DNA of 62,495 bases, filler included, from Rhabdomonas costata (taxonomy: Eukaryota): assembly GCA_019059605.1 (NCBI GenBank). It is 40 parts of 40 records of this genome, joined end to end, with 100 filler letters (N's around TTAATTAATTAA, not from the genome) between each part and the next. Parts side by side here need not be neighbours in the genome. Positions count along the whole stretch, not along the records: positions 10,958 to 12,423 come from JAHMHO010015219.1; positions 12,524 to 13,989 come from JAHMHO010015220.1; positions 14,090 to 15,555 come from JAHMHO010015221.1; positions 15,656 to 17,121 come from JAHMHO010015222.1; positions 17,222 to 18,686 come from JAHMHO010015223.1; positions 18,787 to 20,252 come from JAHMHO010015224.1; positions 20,353 to 21,817 come from JAHMHO010015225.1; positions 21,918 to 23,383 come from JAHMHO010015226.1; 32 more parts are not named here. One strand, 5' to 3'. Under the pieces are notes generated by a model that saw only the letters and a list, made by a program, of their open reading frames with translations, had not been told where the DNA came from and ran no database searches. The position numbers and the translations under genes were made by a program. Shown here piece after piece: positions 12,299 through 25,297 of the stretch (position 1 is the stretch's first letter; every line of letters starts with the position of its first letter).

Positions 12299-14592
12299 GT
12301 GTGTGAGCGCACTGGCAACCGAGAGCAACGCAATGAGGGGGGGGGGACTTTAAACGTATGGTTTTGGTTGAGTGGAACTTTGAAAAATGTTTTTACGTGT
12401 TTGTGTATACGTGCAACAAAAAANNNNNNNNNNNNNNNNNNNNNNNNNNNNNNNNNNNNNNNNNNNNTTAATTAATTAANNNNNNNNNNNNNNNNNNNNN
12501 NNNNNNNNNNNNNNNNNNNNNNNGTGGTGGGGGTGGGCGCTTGGCCGCTTCCGAGAAGCTTCTCGAGGATTGGCGGAGCCAAGCCGAAGTATTTGCAATC
12601 AGAGCTGAGAGCTACTCGCTCGAGGCGCCATCTGGGCGAAGTACTCGACGCCGCAGGCCCCCATGCAGCAGCGAAGCAACTGCAACCCCTCGGGCGGGCC
12701 GCTGTCAGTGTTCTGCTCGCGAACCGAGCACGGGTGAGTGCCGCATTCAGCGGGGGGCTACTGGTCGCCCCAGACAATTAATTGCCCAGGTAGAACCAGA
12801 GCGACCCGGTACACGTTTCGGAGTCGAACTGCTCCTCTCGCCTCAATGCCGCCGCCGCCGCCAAAAATCGGCGCAATGCTGTAATTTGTGAGGATGCAGG
12901 GTGGGGGTGTCAGGAATTTCCGTCGATACCTTCAGGGCCCTCCACTACTACTGCCGCCGCTTCCTCAGCAGGCTAATAGCGCTGGCTACCAAGGCAAATC
13001 CGTTTGGCGGCCCGAGCTCCCATGTGACGGGCCGTATCTGCTACAGCAGTTGGTGGGGCAGCAAAACAGCTTGCCGCCATGGCCGAGCACGACTCGCGAC
13101 TGGGACTGAATCACCGCATTCTTGACACTGATTCCCGCTGCCCGCCGCTCGGAGGTTTTTACGAGAGCAGGCACTGACGCTGCCGACGAGGGACGAGATC
13201 ATGGTCACTTCACCTCTCCCACGCCTAGCTCTGTCCTGTCCGCGGCTGCGCCCCAGTTGGGCTCCCCCTCCCCCGGACACTGCAGAGATGGGCAGCGTGC
13301 CGTGCGGATGAGCCGCAGGAGAGGGGACCGTCAGGACAATAATCCAGCTGCACATGTGCCTAGGAACGACGCAAAGGTGGGTGAAGCGAAGTGTAGAGAG
13401 TAGAGGGAGAATCGGAAGTGCGGAAACCCCCCTACCGATTCTCCCTGTCTCCCTTGCCTTCGATTCCTCCTGTACATTGGTTGATTGTCTTCCTCGTCAG
13501 CTCCCCCCAGTCTCGGTCCTGTGTATTTTCCCCTGGCTTCTTGCTCCTGGGTTGATCCGCCCTGTGTTGGTTCCTTGATGGCTTCTCCGCGATTTGCAGC
13601 GAGTGTCTCTTCTGTGACCTTGTTTGCTGAACTGTTGCGGTTTGGCGGGCATCCCCTTCGACATGAATTGAATCGCTAAAAAGTGCAAAATTTGGAGTCG
13701 TTTCGGAATGCCTCCAGATGTGTGTGGTCTTGGGACCTGAGAAATATATATGGCTGGTGGCGAGCGATTCACGAAAAAAGGGTTCCACAGTTCCTCGGAT
13801 GCATCACGGTTTGGATTTTAGATTTGCGGTGTTTCGGTCACACTTTTCGGAATATGCTTCCTTCCTCCATCCTGTAAATCCTCCAGTATCATGGGGACGG
13901 AGATGTACAACATCGATGCCACCACCTACATGCCCGTCTTTGACAAACTGGTGTCGTTCGATTCCAAAGGCGATGCCATGACCAACGCANNNNNNNNNNN
14001 NNNNNNNNNNNNNNNNNNNNNNNNNNNNNNNNNTTAATTAATTAANNNNNNNNNNNNNNNNNNNNNNNNNNNNNNNNNNNNNNNNNNNNCGGGGGGGGGG
14101 CGGAGCCGAATCCTATGCTTTTCTGGTGTCAGCTGTCGTCGCCATCTCATCCAGCCTGCGTGCCACAGACACCCTCCCTCTCTTTACAGAGTGTTTGGTG
14201 AGGAGGGGGGGTGTCTTTGGATCTACCCGCGGTCGCCGTCTTCCTCACCCCTGCTGCTTAGTTAAAACAGTTCAAATGACGTTGATGGTGTATAGAATCC
14301 CAGGAATTACGTTGAAATTGTACCTGTATTAGCAAATTCATTTCAATTTTTTTTCGCTCATTTTATAGTTATGACGAGGAGCATAAAATCAATAGATATA
14401 CACTATAGCCGTATTTGCCCTCGGCGTCGCTTCTCTCCGTGCTTACCGCCTGCAGTTGAAAATGAGTCAAACGTAAGTAAACTTCGTGCCATCGCAGGTG
14501 CTCAAGCAAACCCCCAGCTCCCACTCAGCCGGTCGACCCGGCGTCAAACTCCTTAGTTTCTTGGGCCGCTCTCTCACCTCACTCACTTCCAG

Positions 14593-14836
14593 GTGCAAGC
14601 CCCCGACGATGCTTGCGCTGCTCTCCGGGCGGGCCGCGGGTCGGGTCCACGTGCACATCCGCCGCGTCCCCATCACGGAGGTCCCCCCGGCATCCGACGA
14701 GCCCAAGCTTACGGAGTGGCTGTACGAGCAGTGGCGACAGAAGGACGAGCTCCTGGCCCACCTGGCGCAACATGACTGCTTCCCCAACGAGACCGGCCCC
14801 CTGTCCTACCTCCACCTCCCCATGAAGCTCGACTAG
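14593..14836 (+). CDS. Lysophospholipid acyltransferase (LCLAT1/AGPAT-like, Acyltransf_C), terminal exon
   Basis: VHVHIRRVPITEVP...LTEWLYEQWRQKDELL...FP; acceptor ccag at 14592; TAG stop. Confidence 0.88.
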
Positions 14837-15655
14837 CCACGCTCACCGCATGAACCTTCTTGGCAATCTCCCACACTTCCCGCCACTGACCCAAAAGTTC
14901 TTCCACGGACCTTCTCATTCTTTTTTTGCCTCAGGACATTGCTTTTCAGCACAGACTTATGCAATTGAACCCCAGCACGTTACCCCAGATCTCTTTTTCT
15001 ATGCGGTTCTTTCTGATCTCTTTTTTTATGCGGTGTCGTCACGGCTTCGCTGATTCTTATTCTTTCTTATTTTTTTGGTGGGCCGCTATGTGAATGCGCT
15101 CTCACCGCTTTCCTCTCAGTGGGCAAAAAAACTCAAAAACTCAAAAAACTCATCCAAGGGTATCGCTCAGTTAAGGCGGTGCATACGCGGCAGCATTGCT
15201 ATAGGATATAACCTCTTGACTGCTATCCTTTGGCAGGTGTACAAAGTGTCCACTTGTTCACAGAATTTCACAATCCTTGTGATGCAAGTCCTAACAGTGG
15301 TTATGAAATCCAGAAGGCCAACATTCGCCTCTTAATAACCCTTTTGCAGAAAAAAAAGAATCATCAAAACCGCGGAAAATTGGGGAGTGTATCGGAATCT
15401 CGCCGTATGTGTGTAAGAGACCATTTTCCGGTCAGGTTGCTTTTTGATACCCTAACCCAGTGGCAGCTTTTCGTGCTTCAGATGGACTTCAGATGGTCCA
15501 TGCTGTGTCGTTTTCCACGCCGCTTTCTGTTTGCGCTCTGGATCCCCCCCAACAANNNNNNNNNNNNNNNNNNNNNNNNNNNNNNNNNNNNNNNNNNNNT
15601 TAATTAATTAANNNNNNNNNNNNNNNNNNNNNNNNNNNNNNNNNNNNNNNNNNNN

Positions 15656-15803
15656 CCTTGCTGCGGGCCTCCGCGCGGCGGGCCTTGCCGATCTCCACGA
15701 GCATCTGACTGAGCTCCTTGTGACCACTCTTCGTGGCGTAGGTCATCGCCATCATTCCGTCACGGTCTGCCGCATTCAGCTCCGCACCCTTGTCCAGAAG
15801 CAG
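15656..15803 (-). CDS. Ankyrin-repeat protein exon
   Basis: LLLDKGAELNAADRDGMMAMTYATKSGHKELSQML fits the ankyrin consensus. Confidence 0.85.
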
Positions 15804-17221
15804 CTGTGGTAGTGATGGGTGTTCGCAAATACACGAGGTGTGACACCTTGAAAGTTGCAAAGACACCTGAACCACATCCTCAACTCCTGGGAATTGTGAG
15901 CCTGTGGACGAATTAAAAAGCGAGGCTCCCTGAAGGGCCAGAAGCCCGCCAATCCGACTTCAACTTCACAGCAGAGAGGAACACTCAGATCAACTTTTCT
16001 GCGGCTCTGACATCGTTGCGGCTCACCTTGCTTTTTCAGAATGGTAAGTTAGGTGGTGGTGAGTGACGACATTCCATGTCAGAGAGTAAATGCCGACCAA
16101 CCTCCTACTGTTACATTCAAACTCCATTTTCCCGTAAATATTGCATATTTCGTTCGCATTCCCCCCCCCCCCCGCCCCCGATTCGACTTTTTACTGCGTT
16201 ACTCTTCGCATCTGCAAGAAGACAAGAGCAGCCTTTCTCTCGGCCTTCGGCTATTGGCTGAACTGGCCTGGTTTTCCACAACCCTCTGTACCATAAACCA
16301 GACCACAGATTAAAACACGACATCATGAAAGAGAATTTTCGCACTATCTGCGGGTTCTCGAATTCGAATTGGCAAATGGGGCAAGAGGTTGAAGACCTCA
16401 AGTCTAAACGTGGCAAACAAACAAACGAAGGGGAGGTTCAGAAAGGAGGGGACGGAGGGTAACCTGTGCGACATCTTTCAGCCCGCACTTCGCGGCGAGC
16501 ATCAGTGGGGTACACCCCGTGTGTGACGTGGCGTTGACGTTGGCACCTGACGACCATCCCCATCACATTCGCATCAGCCACTCACCTCTCCATGTAAAAG
16601 GGGACGACCCAACAACTGACAGTACACAGTACACAGAGACCTATCATGTTGACCCATCGACACCAAGCACAAACAGTGTGAAAAATCGAAAGATTGAAAT
16701 ACATCCGAGAGACTGATACAGCAATCTCGCTCGGCATGGGCAGAGTAGGCACCTTTCACAAGGGGAAGGTTGGCTGAGTCTGAGGGCGCAGGGGTTAACT
16801 CGATCTCAAATTTATTTCCGCTGCAAAGGCTCTCACCGGACCAACGGTAACACGATTCTCACGTCGACACAAAGTTTACAGAGGGAAAAGTTCGAAGTCG
16901 AGGTGCACGAGCAATCAGTCTCTGAGCCGCTGTCACAGTGTGTCGGTGTTCTTCCCTTTTATCAAGACAAAAGCTACGGACGGAACCTCCCGGGTCTCTG
17001 GCGCCGCCTCTAACCTGACCGGCACACTCGCAGTGCACACACATCGGCTGGTACGTGGCCTTGGGTGAGCAGCCTCCTTCTCCCATGATCCCTCCAAACT
17101 CTCCCTCTCCCACCCAAACTCNNNNNNNNNNNNNNNNNNNNNNNNNNNNNNNNNNNNNNNNNNNNTTAATTAATTAANNNNNNNNNNNNNNNNNNNNNNN
17201 NNNNNNNNNNNNNNNNNNNNN

Positions 17222-18460
17222 GGTGTGTGGGAAAAATAGCTGGAGAAAGGGTCTGCGGAGTTGTGTGAGGATGGGGTGAGAGCAAGCTGCACTTGGAGGC
17301 CATGCGCGAGGAAGAGCCGGTTAATGCGGTGGAGAAGGCGCACACGTTCATACACACACCCTGAGGCTTTTACTGTTCGCACCGTATGGTACGCCGCCGA
17401 GTTGTCACCAACAACACAAACGTTGGAAAGAACTGAGAGAGATGCCTGACGCAGAGAGCAGAAAATTATATACAACTCGGCGGTCTGTTGAGACTCGATC
17501 CAGGGTGTGGTGGGCACAGCTAGAGCAAGGGAGAAGTGGCAAACACACGCGGCCATAAACCCAAAACCCACGGGTGCCGAGTAGCAAAACATCAGGGGCA
17601 TGCAGGAAGGCTGGGGAAGACGGCGACAGGTGAAGGAGAAGATACAACAAATGAGAAGAGAGCACCAGTGGCGGCGGTGGAGGATTGGCGGTATGTTTGG
17701 TTGTAGTAGAAGTTGGTAACTGGAAGCCAGAAAGTGTGCGGACAGGAGGGTGGAAACCAACCACTGGAAGAATCCAAGGAGTCGCTGCAGAGAACGGAAC
17801 GTCAGTGCGCGGGTGCTGAGATACCACAGGTGTTGGAGTGCATACGCAACACGAGAGGGCATTTTGGAGACAGTCCCGTGTGAAATGTGTTTACCGAGCC
17901 AGACGATGGATTTGGTGGAGATTAATTTGGCCTTGGGGCTCATACAGAGACCCGCGGATGTGATGAGGTGAGCGCAGTAATAAGTAGCGAAGGAAATGTA
18001 ATAGGGGTCGGGAGAGGCAAGAAGTATGTCATCGAGATATTGAAAAAAGATAAGAGAGCCTAGAGACGAAAAAGGATGCAGGATGCGGCTGAGGGTGTGT
18101 TGTGCGAGTAGTGTAGACCAAAACCAACCGAAATGGAGGCGTAGGAGTCCAAAAGTTTGCTACCCAGCGGACAGTGCGAAGCGTACATGTACTGTGTGAT
18201 GAAGACACAAAACACCAAAACAAACAGACACATCCAGTTTGGTGAAGAACAAGGCCGAAGCATGGGAGGATTCCAAAATGCTGGAGAGCGTAGGAAGTGG
18301 AAAGCGAGGAGGTTTTGGCCTGTGCCTATTAGTGCCTATTTAGCATTCGCAGGTCCAGAAACAGGCGGGCTTTTTCCGGGGTTTTTGCAGTCACAAAGAC
18401 GGGGGACGCGGGCTGCTTTGTAAGCGGGAAGATGAGCCTCTGAGTTGCCAGCGTGTACAG
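17222..18460 (-). mobile_element. Decayed retroelement RT + RNase H (DIRS/VIPER/TATE-like tyrosine-recombinase class)
   Basis: KTPEKARLFLDLRMLN; LRLHFGWFWS..AQ; FQYLDDILL (YLDD at 18039-18028); IVWLGK; LQRLLGFFQW; RNase H motifs QQTAEL, VGDNSA, NSADPFS; in-frame TAG near 18161 and frameshifts; no introns. Confidence 0.85.
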
Positions 18461-18786
18461 CATGATGTCAGCTTCGGAGGAGGGCCAAGGAGAAATTGCG
18501 TGGTGAAGGTGGAGTGTCAACGGTAGCCCGAAACCCGTCCATAGGTCAGCGGGGACTGCGGCGCTTCCGACCGGTCCCAGTCCTTGGTGAAGACTCGCTG
18601 GAGTGGTGGAAGCCGCCGCAGTGCTGGTGGAGATGGAGTCCTGATGAACTGAGGAGGGGCGCGGGAGCTCGGCCAGTACCAAAACCNNNNNNNNNNNNNN
18701 NNNNNNNNNNNNNNNNNNNNNNNNNNNNNNTTAATTAATTAANNNNNNNNNNNNNNNNNNNNNNNNNNNNNNNNNNNNNNNNNNNN

Positions 18787-18919
18787 CAGTAATCAGCTGC
18801 TGGAAGTACTTCCTTCCAACGGCCTCGTCAAATCGCTTTGCAGCAACGATCCGGTCAAAAAGCTCCCCGCCGGTGATGAGGTCCAAAACAATGTAGATGT
18901 GCTTCGCGGTTTGAAGAAC
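18787..18919 (-). CDS. SNF1/CIPK-like kinase exon, subdomains IV-VIa (absent from the ORF track)
   Basis: Manual translation after the ttttag acceptor: VLQTAKHIYIVLDLITGGELFDRIVAAKRFDEAVGRKYFQQLIT. Confidence 0.92.
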
Positions 18920-19661
18920 CTAAAACATATTTTTCAAGACATGAACAACATTATTCTGTAGTTCAGTGGTCCACCATGCTCGCGACCGCTTGGAAAAAGA
19001 AACGTTGAGGGCCTGGGGTGCGACGACCCAAAGCAAGGTGGCTGTTCAAAAGAAAAAAAAAGAAAGTCTAAGTAAATCTGACTAAATTTGATCTAAATAT
19101 GGACTGAAAACTTGGATCAGTCAGCTTGGTCTTCTTTGAGAGGGGGGAGGGCGAAATATGCAAACCGCAGACCGCAGACACAAAATTCCGTTGCAAAGCG
19201 CAAGAAAAAAAAACAGCATTTCAAACCGAAATCTCACCGGGGTCGATTTTGTGAACATCAACTTTCCATTTTTACAAGGCAGCCGACGAGGAACCTTCAA
19301 AGCTACCACCATTACCCCAGCACAGCACTTTGGCCTGCGTCTGCAAAAGCCGAAGCAGAGCATTTTGAAGTAAAAGTCAGTGAGCCAGAAACGCGTTTTT
19401 TGACCACCAAAAACCATAGCGTGAACCACTAGCCGCTTGGGAACGGCCAAGGAAGCAGATCACTTGCCAGCTGATACCTCAGCTGACGGGGGAACGAGGG
19501 TCAGGCAAAAAAGCAACTTAAGCTTTTTTCGAGTGCATTTTTACTACTTATTCCCTCCCGAAAGGTGAAAAAGGCAAAAAAAAACGCGATTGAAGGAGAT
19601 AATGCGACCTCAAAAAATATTTGCTTGCTTTGCCTCTTTCGCTCCTTTTCAACTTGGGCTT

Positions 19662-20141
19662 AGGTTGAAACTCAACCCCCCCCCCCTCCGTGAACCACAC
19701 TTTTGGTTCACGCTCGTGAACCAAACTATCTGGGCGGGACGGGGACGGAAGTTGGAAATGTAGCAAAATGTGGGTTGTGGGTACAACTCGGAAGTGGGGT
19801 AGCTCCGGCCGCACCGCGTCTGCCCTTTGCGTCCAAAATCAATTCCTCCCGGGGAGTTAAGTCAGCGGAATACAGACTGCTCGGGGCCAGCGTCAGCATT
19901 GGGTTTGGGGCTTAGTTTCGGCTTTTGTTTCAGCAACAAGTTTGCAACACAGCATCGCCCATCGCGAAACAGAAGGCCAACAGAAGAGAGAAACGCAGCA
20001 AGGCTTGGGAGCCAGAAGACAAACAGACGGGAGGGCGACAGGAGAGAAAGGACAGTCTTGAGCTGTGGTTCACGTTGTGAACCAGCCAGTTCACCGCGTG
20101 AACCAAACGCGGTTCACGGGGGGGGGGTCAAGTTTCAGCCT
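19662..20141. mobile_element. MITE-like element with imperfect terminal inverted repeats of about 55-60 bp
   Basis: Left aggttgaaactcaacccc(C)ntccgtgaaccacacttttggttcacgctcgtgaac matches the reverse complement of right gttcaccgcgtgaaccaaacgcggttcacg(G)ntcaagtttcagcct; no target-site duplication seen. Confidence 0.6.
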
Positions 20142-20870
20142 CACACCTTCAATTTTCGCTTGCGTGCTGCTCCCTTTCCTGAACAACTCTTTGAAATCGG
20201 ATGCGCCAGCCCCTCCTCAATCACCTGAATTTTCATCAGCTCTGCAAGCCCANNNNNNNNNNNNNNNNNNNNNNNNNNNNNNNNNNNNNNNNNNNNTTAA
20301 TTAATTAANNNNNNNNNNNNNNNNNNNNNNNNNNNNNNNNNNNNNNNNNNNNGGTGTTGTGGTTTTCATTCGCGATTTTCTGTGGTCACCCTGCTGCGTT
20401 TGACTGTCCCTCAGGTCGCCAGATCTGCTTCACTTCAATTAAAGTTGCTTTTTAAGGGCGAAAGCAAACGACAATAGAGGAAAAATTCAAGTCTCATCTG
20501 AAATGTTTTTGCTTTGTTGTCTCCTGTGTCTTCATTAGAGGTCGAAAAATTTCTCACCTTGCATGTGCAATGGACCATTTTACTTCATCTTGTTGTTTAG
20601 CGGCTACAACTGCGTTCACCTCATTTGCGCCATACCGCGCAGTTCTGTGAGCTTTCCCGTTTTTTCTTCGTGCGAGCAGCGCTCCCTCCTCTTTCCCTCG
20701 CTGGCTCTCAGGCTGGATGCATCCTTCACACCCGTACCTTTTACCATCCATATGCTCAGCTGATACACGGGCGGCCTCAGAGGCAGATCTTACCGTGCGC
20801 ACGCGAACTCTTTCGAGACCTTTGGTGCCCCAAAGCTTTGGTTAGTTGTGTTTCTCTCTCTGTCTCTCAG

Positions 20871-21016
20871 GAGATCGTGGACCACTTGAAGATCTACCTC
20901 CCGTACCTCCCCGAGTCGCTGCTGGCGCTGGTGCGCGGGGAGGAGACCGATGCCCAAGGCGAGGGCGATGCCGAACACGGGGCTGTCGTACTGAAAGTGG
21001 TCTGCTCGACTCCCAG
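20871..21016 (+). CDS. Probable adenylate/guanylate cyclase pre-catalytic linker exon
   Basis: EIVDHLKIYLPYLPESLLA resembles the LxxYxPYLPxSLL segment that precedes class III cyclase domains in discoban protists; AG/GT bounded. Confidence 0.5.
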
Positions 21017-22176
21017 GTGTGTGTGACTTGCGGCCGTGGAGGAGGGAAGGGTTTATGATGGGGTGGAACTGCAAAACCGCCCGCCTACTTGCCGTTAATT
21101 CCTTTTTGCAGCGATGGCAACAGTGCTGAAGGGCTGGTAACGCCCCTGGAAGGACCGATCACCCGCGTGGGAGCACCGCTGGCTTCAGACTGCGGGGTGG
21201 GAAAGGTGTGTCCCACGTCTTGCCCCTACCCTGGCCACTATATGCTTTGGGTTTGCAGTTTGGTTTTGCCCCGCGAACAGCCAGCGGGATGCCACGAGCG
21301 TCTTTTTGTTCTTTGTGTGTGAGTATATCACACCAGCGTGAATCGACATACCCCTTCTATAACCATCCGCCCCCAGCGCCGAATTGACATTGTTTGCTTT
21401 AGCACTCTTTCTCGTCAGGTGGAGTCCATGGCGTCGGAGTCATGCACCAATGCCCTGTGTCGCCCCCAAGCCTGGGGGGAAGTGGGCCGAAAAGCCTCCG
21501 CAACGAGCCAATACTCTCTTGTCTCCTCGAGATCTTGCGGGGCCACAGCCACAGGTCTGCGACTTGTTCGTGTGCACCTGTGAATGGCTTGTTCGGGCTT
21601 GTTTCCCACCAGCCTACACCCCAAATTGCAGCAGAATCAAATGCTGGAACCACAACCACCGCAAAGTGTGGGATAGGACGAAACGGCCGCCGTTTAGTCG
21701 AGGAATTGGGAAGGTGAGTCTTTCAATCTTTTCGGAGGTCGCTGTTGTTAGCGATGAAATTTGTATTCAGACCTGCAAGTCACCAAGGAATCTCAAAGTC
21801 CGCGCCCCCCCCCCCCCNNNNNNNNNNNNNNNNNNNNNNNNNNNNNNNNNNNNNNNNNNNNTTAATTAATTAANNNNNNNNNNNNNNNNNNNNNNNNNNN
21901 NNNNNNNNNNNNNNNNNGTTTTTTGGTGGCATCATTCCAGCAACTGCAAGCGACAACAAGTGTAGTGTGATCTTATGGATCTCTGAAGAAGGCACGGGGG
22001 CCTGCGATCGGGTTTTCGGGATCATATGCTAACCTCCAATAAAAAAGCATTTCTGGTGCTGAAAATTGACAATGATTGTAAAAACAACAACAAAGAGAAC
22101 AGGAAAAGAACGCCGGAAGGAGCGGCTGGACGAAAAGCACGGGAAAAGCAGCGAGCGAGTCAGCGAGCAAGAACAC

Positions 22177-23089
22177 CTGGGTCTGCAATTCGAGGAAGCT
22201 CTGGATTCGCTCCAGCTTCTCCACGTGCTTCCTTAGCTCGTCGTTCTCATGCCAGCACTCGTGGATGATGTCGCAGAGGTCGTTGATGTGGTCGATGGAG
22301 TGCTTTTCCCGAAGCTCCTGCAGAAACCTGCACCATTCACACAAGAAAACAATCTGCACCATCCACACCCCAACAAGAAAAACCTCCCACAAGCTTTCCA
22401 AAAAAGCTGACTTGACCTGATAAATTTTCAGCCCTCAACTGTGGTGTTTGCTTTGATGTAGTGGTTTGTTTCGCTGAAGAAGTTCCCCTTACTTTTTTTT
22501 TCGTTTTCGCGCGCGCTTGCGTGCGTGTGTGGAAACAGAAAACCAACCACACAATGCAGAAAGGGCGCTATGAGACCAAACCGGTCCCTTGTAAAAGCAA
22601 ACAACGGGTATCGAAACACAGTGCAGACGATCCCCCAGGCTGCATTTGAACATTTACAAAAATTTTCGGCTAAAAAGAAACTGAGAAGAAACAAAAAACC
22701 GCCCGTGTATGTTGCTACTTTGCTTCATCTGCAGGTTTGCTGATTCGCTTAGAATGTTTATTTTTTTGGCGGGTTGAGGCCTCGATTTCCTGGAGATAAC
22801 CAGAGCAGAAAAGGAGGGCATGGGAAACTGAATGCGGGGGCTGGGGGCTTCAACGTGTTGAATGCTTCCTCTGGAGTTGGAGGCAGCTTTATCGTGGAGC
22901 GGCGACGGAAGGTGTGGGGGAGGCTCTCCTCCTCCACCCCGGCGGGGGCGATGGACTTCCGGCGGGTGATGGCCTTCTTGGTCTCCTCCGCCTTGGTGCG
23001 CTTCTTAAGCTTCCGGTTGTAGTCGTCCACAAACACGTTCTGGAAGCGGTTCCACTCGGGCCTGGGAGTCAGTAGCTTCCGGGCATCCC
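22177..23089 (-). CDS. Hypothetical coiled-coil protein fragment (exons 23089-about 22840 and 22317-22177)
   Basis: ELREKHSIDHINDLCDIIHECWHENDELRKHVEKLE, bounded by AG/GT; GC-rich upstream exon. Confidence 0.55.
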
Positions 23090-25297
23090 CTGTGCAGGTC
23101 CACACATTCATAAAGACTCTCGAGATAATCACACAGAAGGCCGCATTTCCATGAGGAGCAAAGAAAAACAAGGGCAGCTTTGGCAAATAGCAACCGGAGG
23201 ATCTAACGCCCCAGACTCCACTGAAAGCAGAAAAAAAAAGCAGAAAAAGAAGCGCCCCTTTCAGTGAATTGGAATAGAAAATGAGTAGGCTGCTGACTCC
23301 CACTACTCCATATGCAGCTAACGGAACGTTGCGATGCGAAAAGGAAAGAATCCCGACAATGAATTCAAAAGAAACCACAACCCNNNNNNNNNNNNNNNNN
23401 NNNNNNNNNNNNNNNNNNNNNNNNNNNTTAATTAATTAANNNNNNNNNNNNNNNNNNNNNNNNNNNNNNNNNNNNNNNNNNNNGTGGTTGTGGGGTTGGG
23501 CTCAAATTCTTTAGCGCTCTTCCAGTGCACGAAAAAGCAAAAATGAATGGCGATAGAATACCAGCGAAGCGTTCAGAAGTGTAATCACCAAGGAAGAGAG
23601 AGAGAGAGCACGAGAGTTCTTGTATCGCATTGTGTGGGCACTGATGCCAAGAGAGAAAGAGAGTGGTGGGGGTAAGAGGGGGCGCCGCTATCCCATACAA
23701 GCCGAGGGCCTTGGCAGCCACACGGATGGCCCGGCACATTTGAATTCGCTTTGAGAGCTCCTCCTCCGCAGTCACGCCATCTGTGCATGTATCACCATGC
23801 GTTCCAAAAATAGAGCCCGAAGCGTATTTTGGCTCCGTTCTTACTGCTTGCCTGACAGTGATACGGCAAGTGATCTACAGATAGAGAACATGGATGCTGG
23901 CTCTTGCAAACTTGTGCGTGGTTGTGCCTGTGATGGGGTGGCTCGCACTGCCTATCCAAAACATCTGCGGACTGGAGCCCCTCCCGTATGTCCTGCACCT
24001 GTTCTTTTGAATGCAGCTTCGGCTCGCTCGAAGGGAACGCACGATCCAAGGGAACACATCTGAGAATACATGTCCTCAAGTGAGTGCAACCCATGCCATC
24101 ACACAGCATCGTTTTGTCTGAGCAGTTTAACCGCACCTCTTTCAACGGGGACGATTTGCCAAGAAATGATTTTCGTGAAATCGTGGAAGCACGAGGGAAA
24201 AGGCTGCTGCCGTACCCACATAAATGAGCCATATAAGTACGGAAGGGAAGAAGAAGACCTCGGCTAGAAGGAGTGCAGCTTTGCAGCTCATCAGGAAGCT
24301 TCCAGTTGAGGTCCATTTACACGTTTACAGAAGGCAGCCACTGCCTTCTCATATTGAAAGAGACGAGGTCCAATACGAACCTCAAAAATCACAAGAGCCT
24401 GGGCAAGTGCAACCGAGCGAGAGAGGATACAAAAATGTTCGAAGTGTTCCTATGGATCCGAAGCCAACCGACTCGTCACGACGTCAACAAGCACAACGAT
24501 CCAAATCCACATCACCCCGGGTCCCGGTTGGGAGCGGAGGGTTAGAAGAAGAATTGCGCAGGCGTCGGCTCGAAGACAACACAACGGGACCGTTATACTG
24601 GTTATACTGGACTGTACTCGTCGTACTTTCCGTAGAATCGTTACGGAGTGGGGGAAAACGTATATGGGGGGGCATATGCGTACAGACAAAATCAGCTGCA
24701 CGGTGTGGATACATAGGTGCTTTTCCGCTACGAAGGCACGAGTGCAGCTTGACACAAACATAGTGCGCCACCGCTGCGACAAAATGCGGCTCATGTTCCC
24801 GTCCGCTTCGGGCGGCTTGTCTGGATGTCGTCCCCACACAACTTTCCTTGAGCGTGTGGCCCGATCTCCCATGGCACGGGGGCAGAAACCTCACAGACAC
24901 TTGCCAGAGGGTCTCTGGCAGTCCCTGTCTTATGCATTCTTGTGATTGNNNNNNNNNNNNNNNNNNNNNNNNNNNNNNNNNNNNNNNNNNNNTTAATTAA
25001 TTAANNNNNNNNNNNNNNNNNNNNNNNNNNNNNNNNNNNNNNNNNNNNGGGTTGTTGGTTCTGGCTGGAAAGGGATTCTGCCCCTTATGGGCCAAGCACG
25101 TCACATGTCTTCTTGCTTCTTCTGAGAACAATATGGTGACTTGTGCTGATCTTCGTATGGGCTTTTGTCCGAGCGTGCAGGTGCAGGTGTCCAGTGCAGA
25201 AGAAGAAGGAGGAGCTTCCAGAGGTCGGAGACCGCGGCCCCGTCACTAGTTTGTGGCTTTCTGTGTTCTTGAGTGTGTGGCGGCGGGTTTGGGGCAG

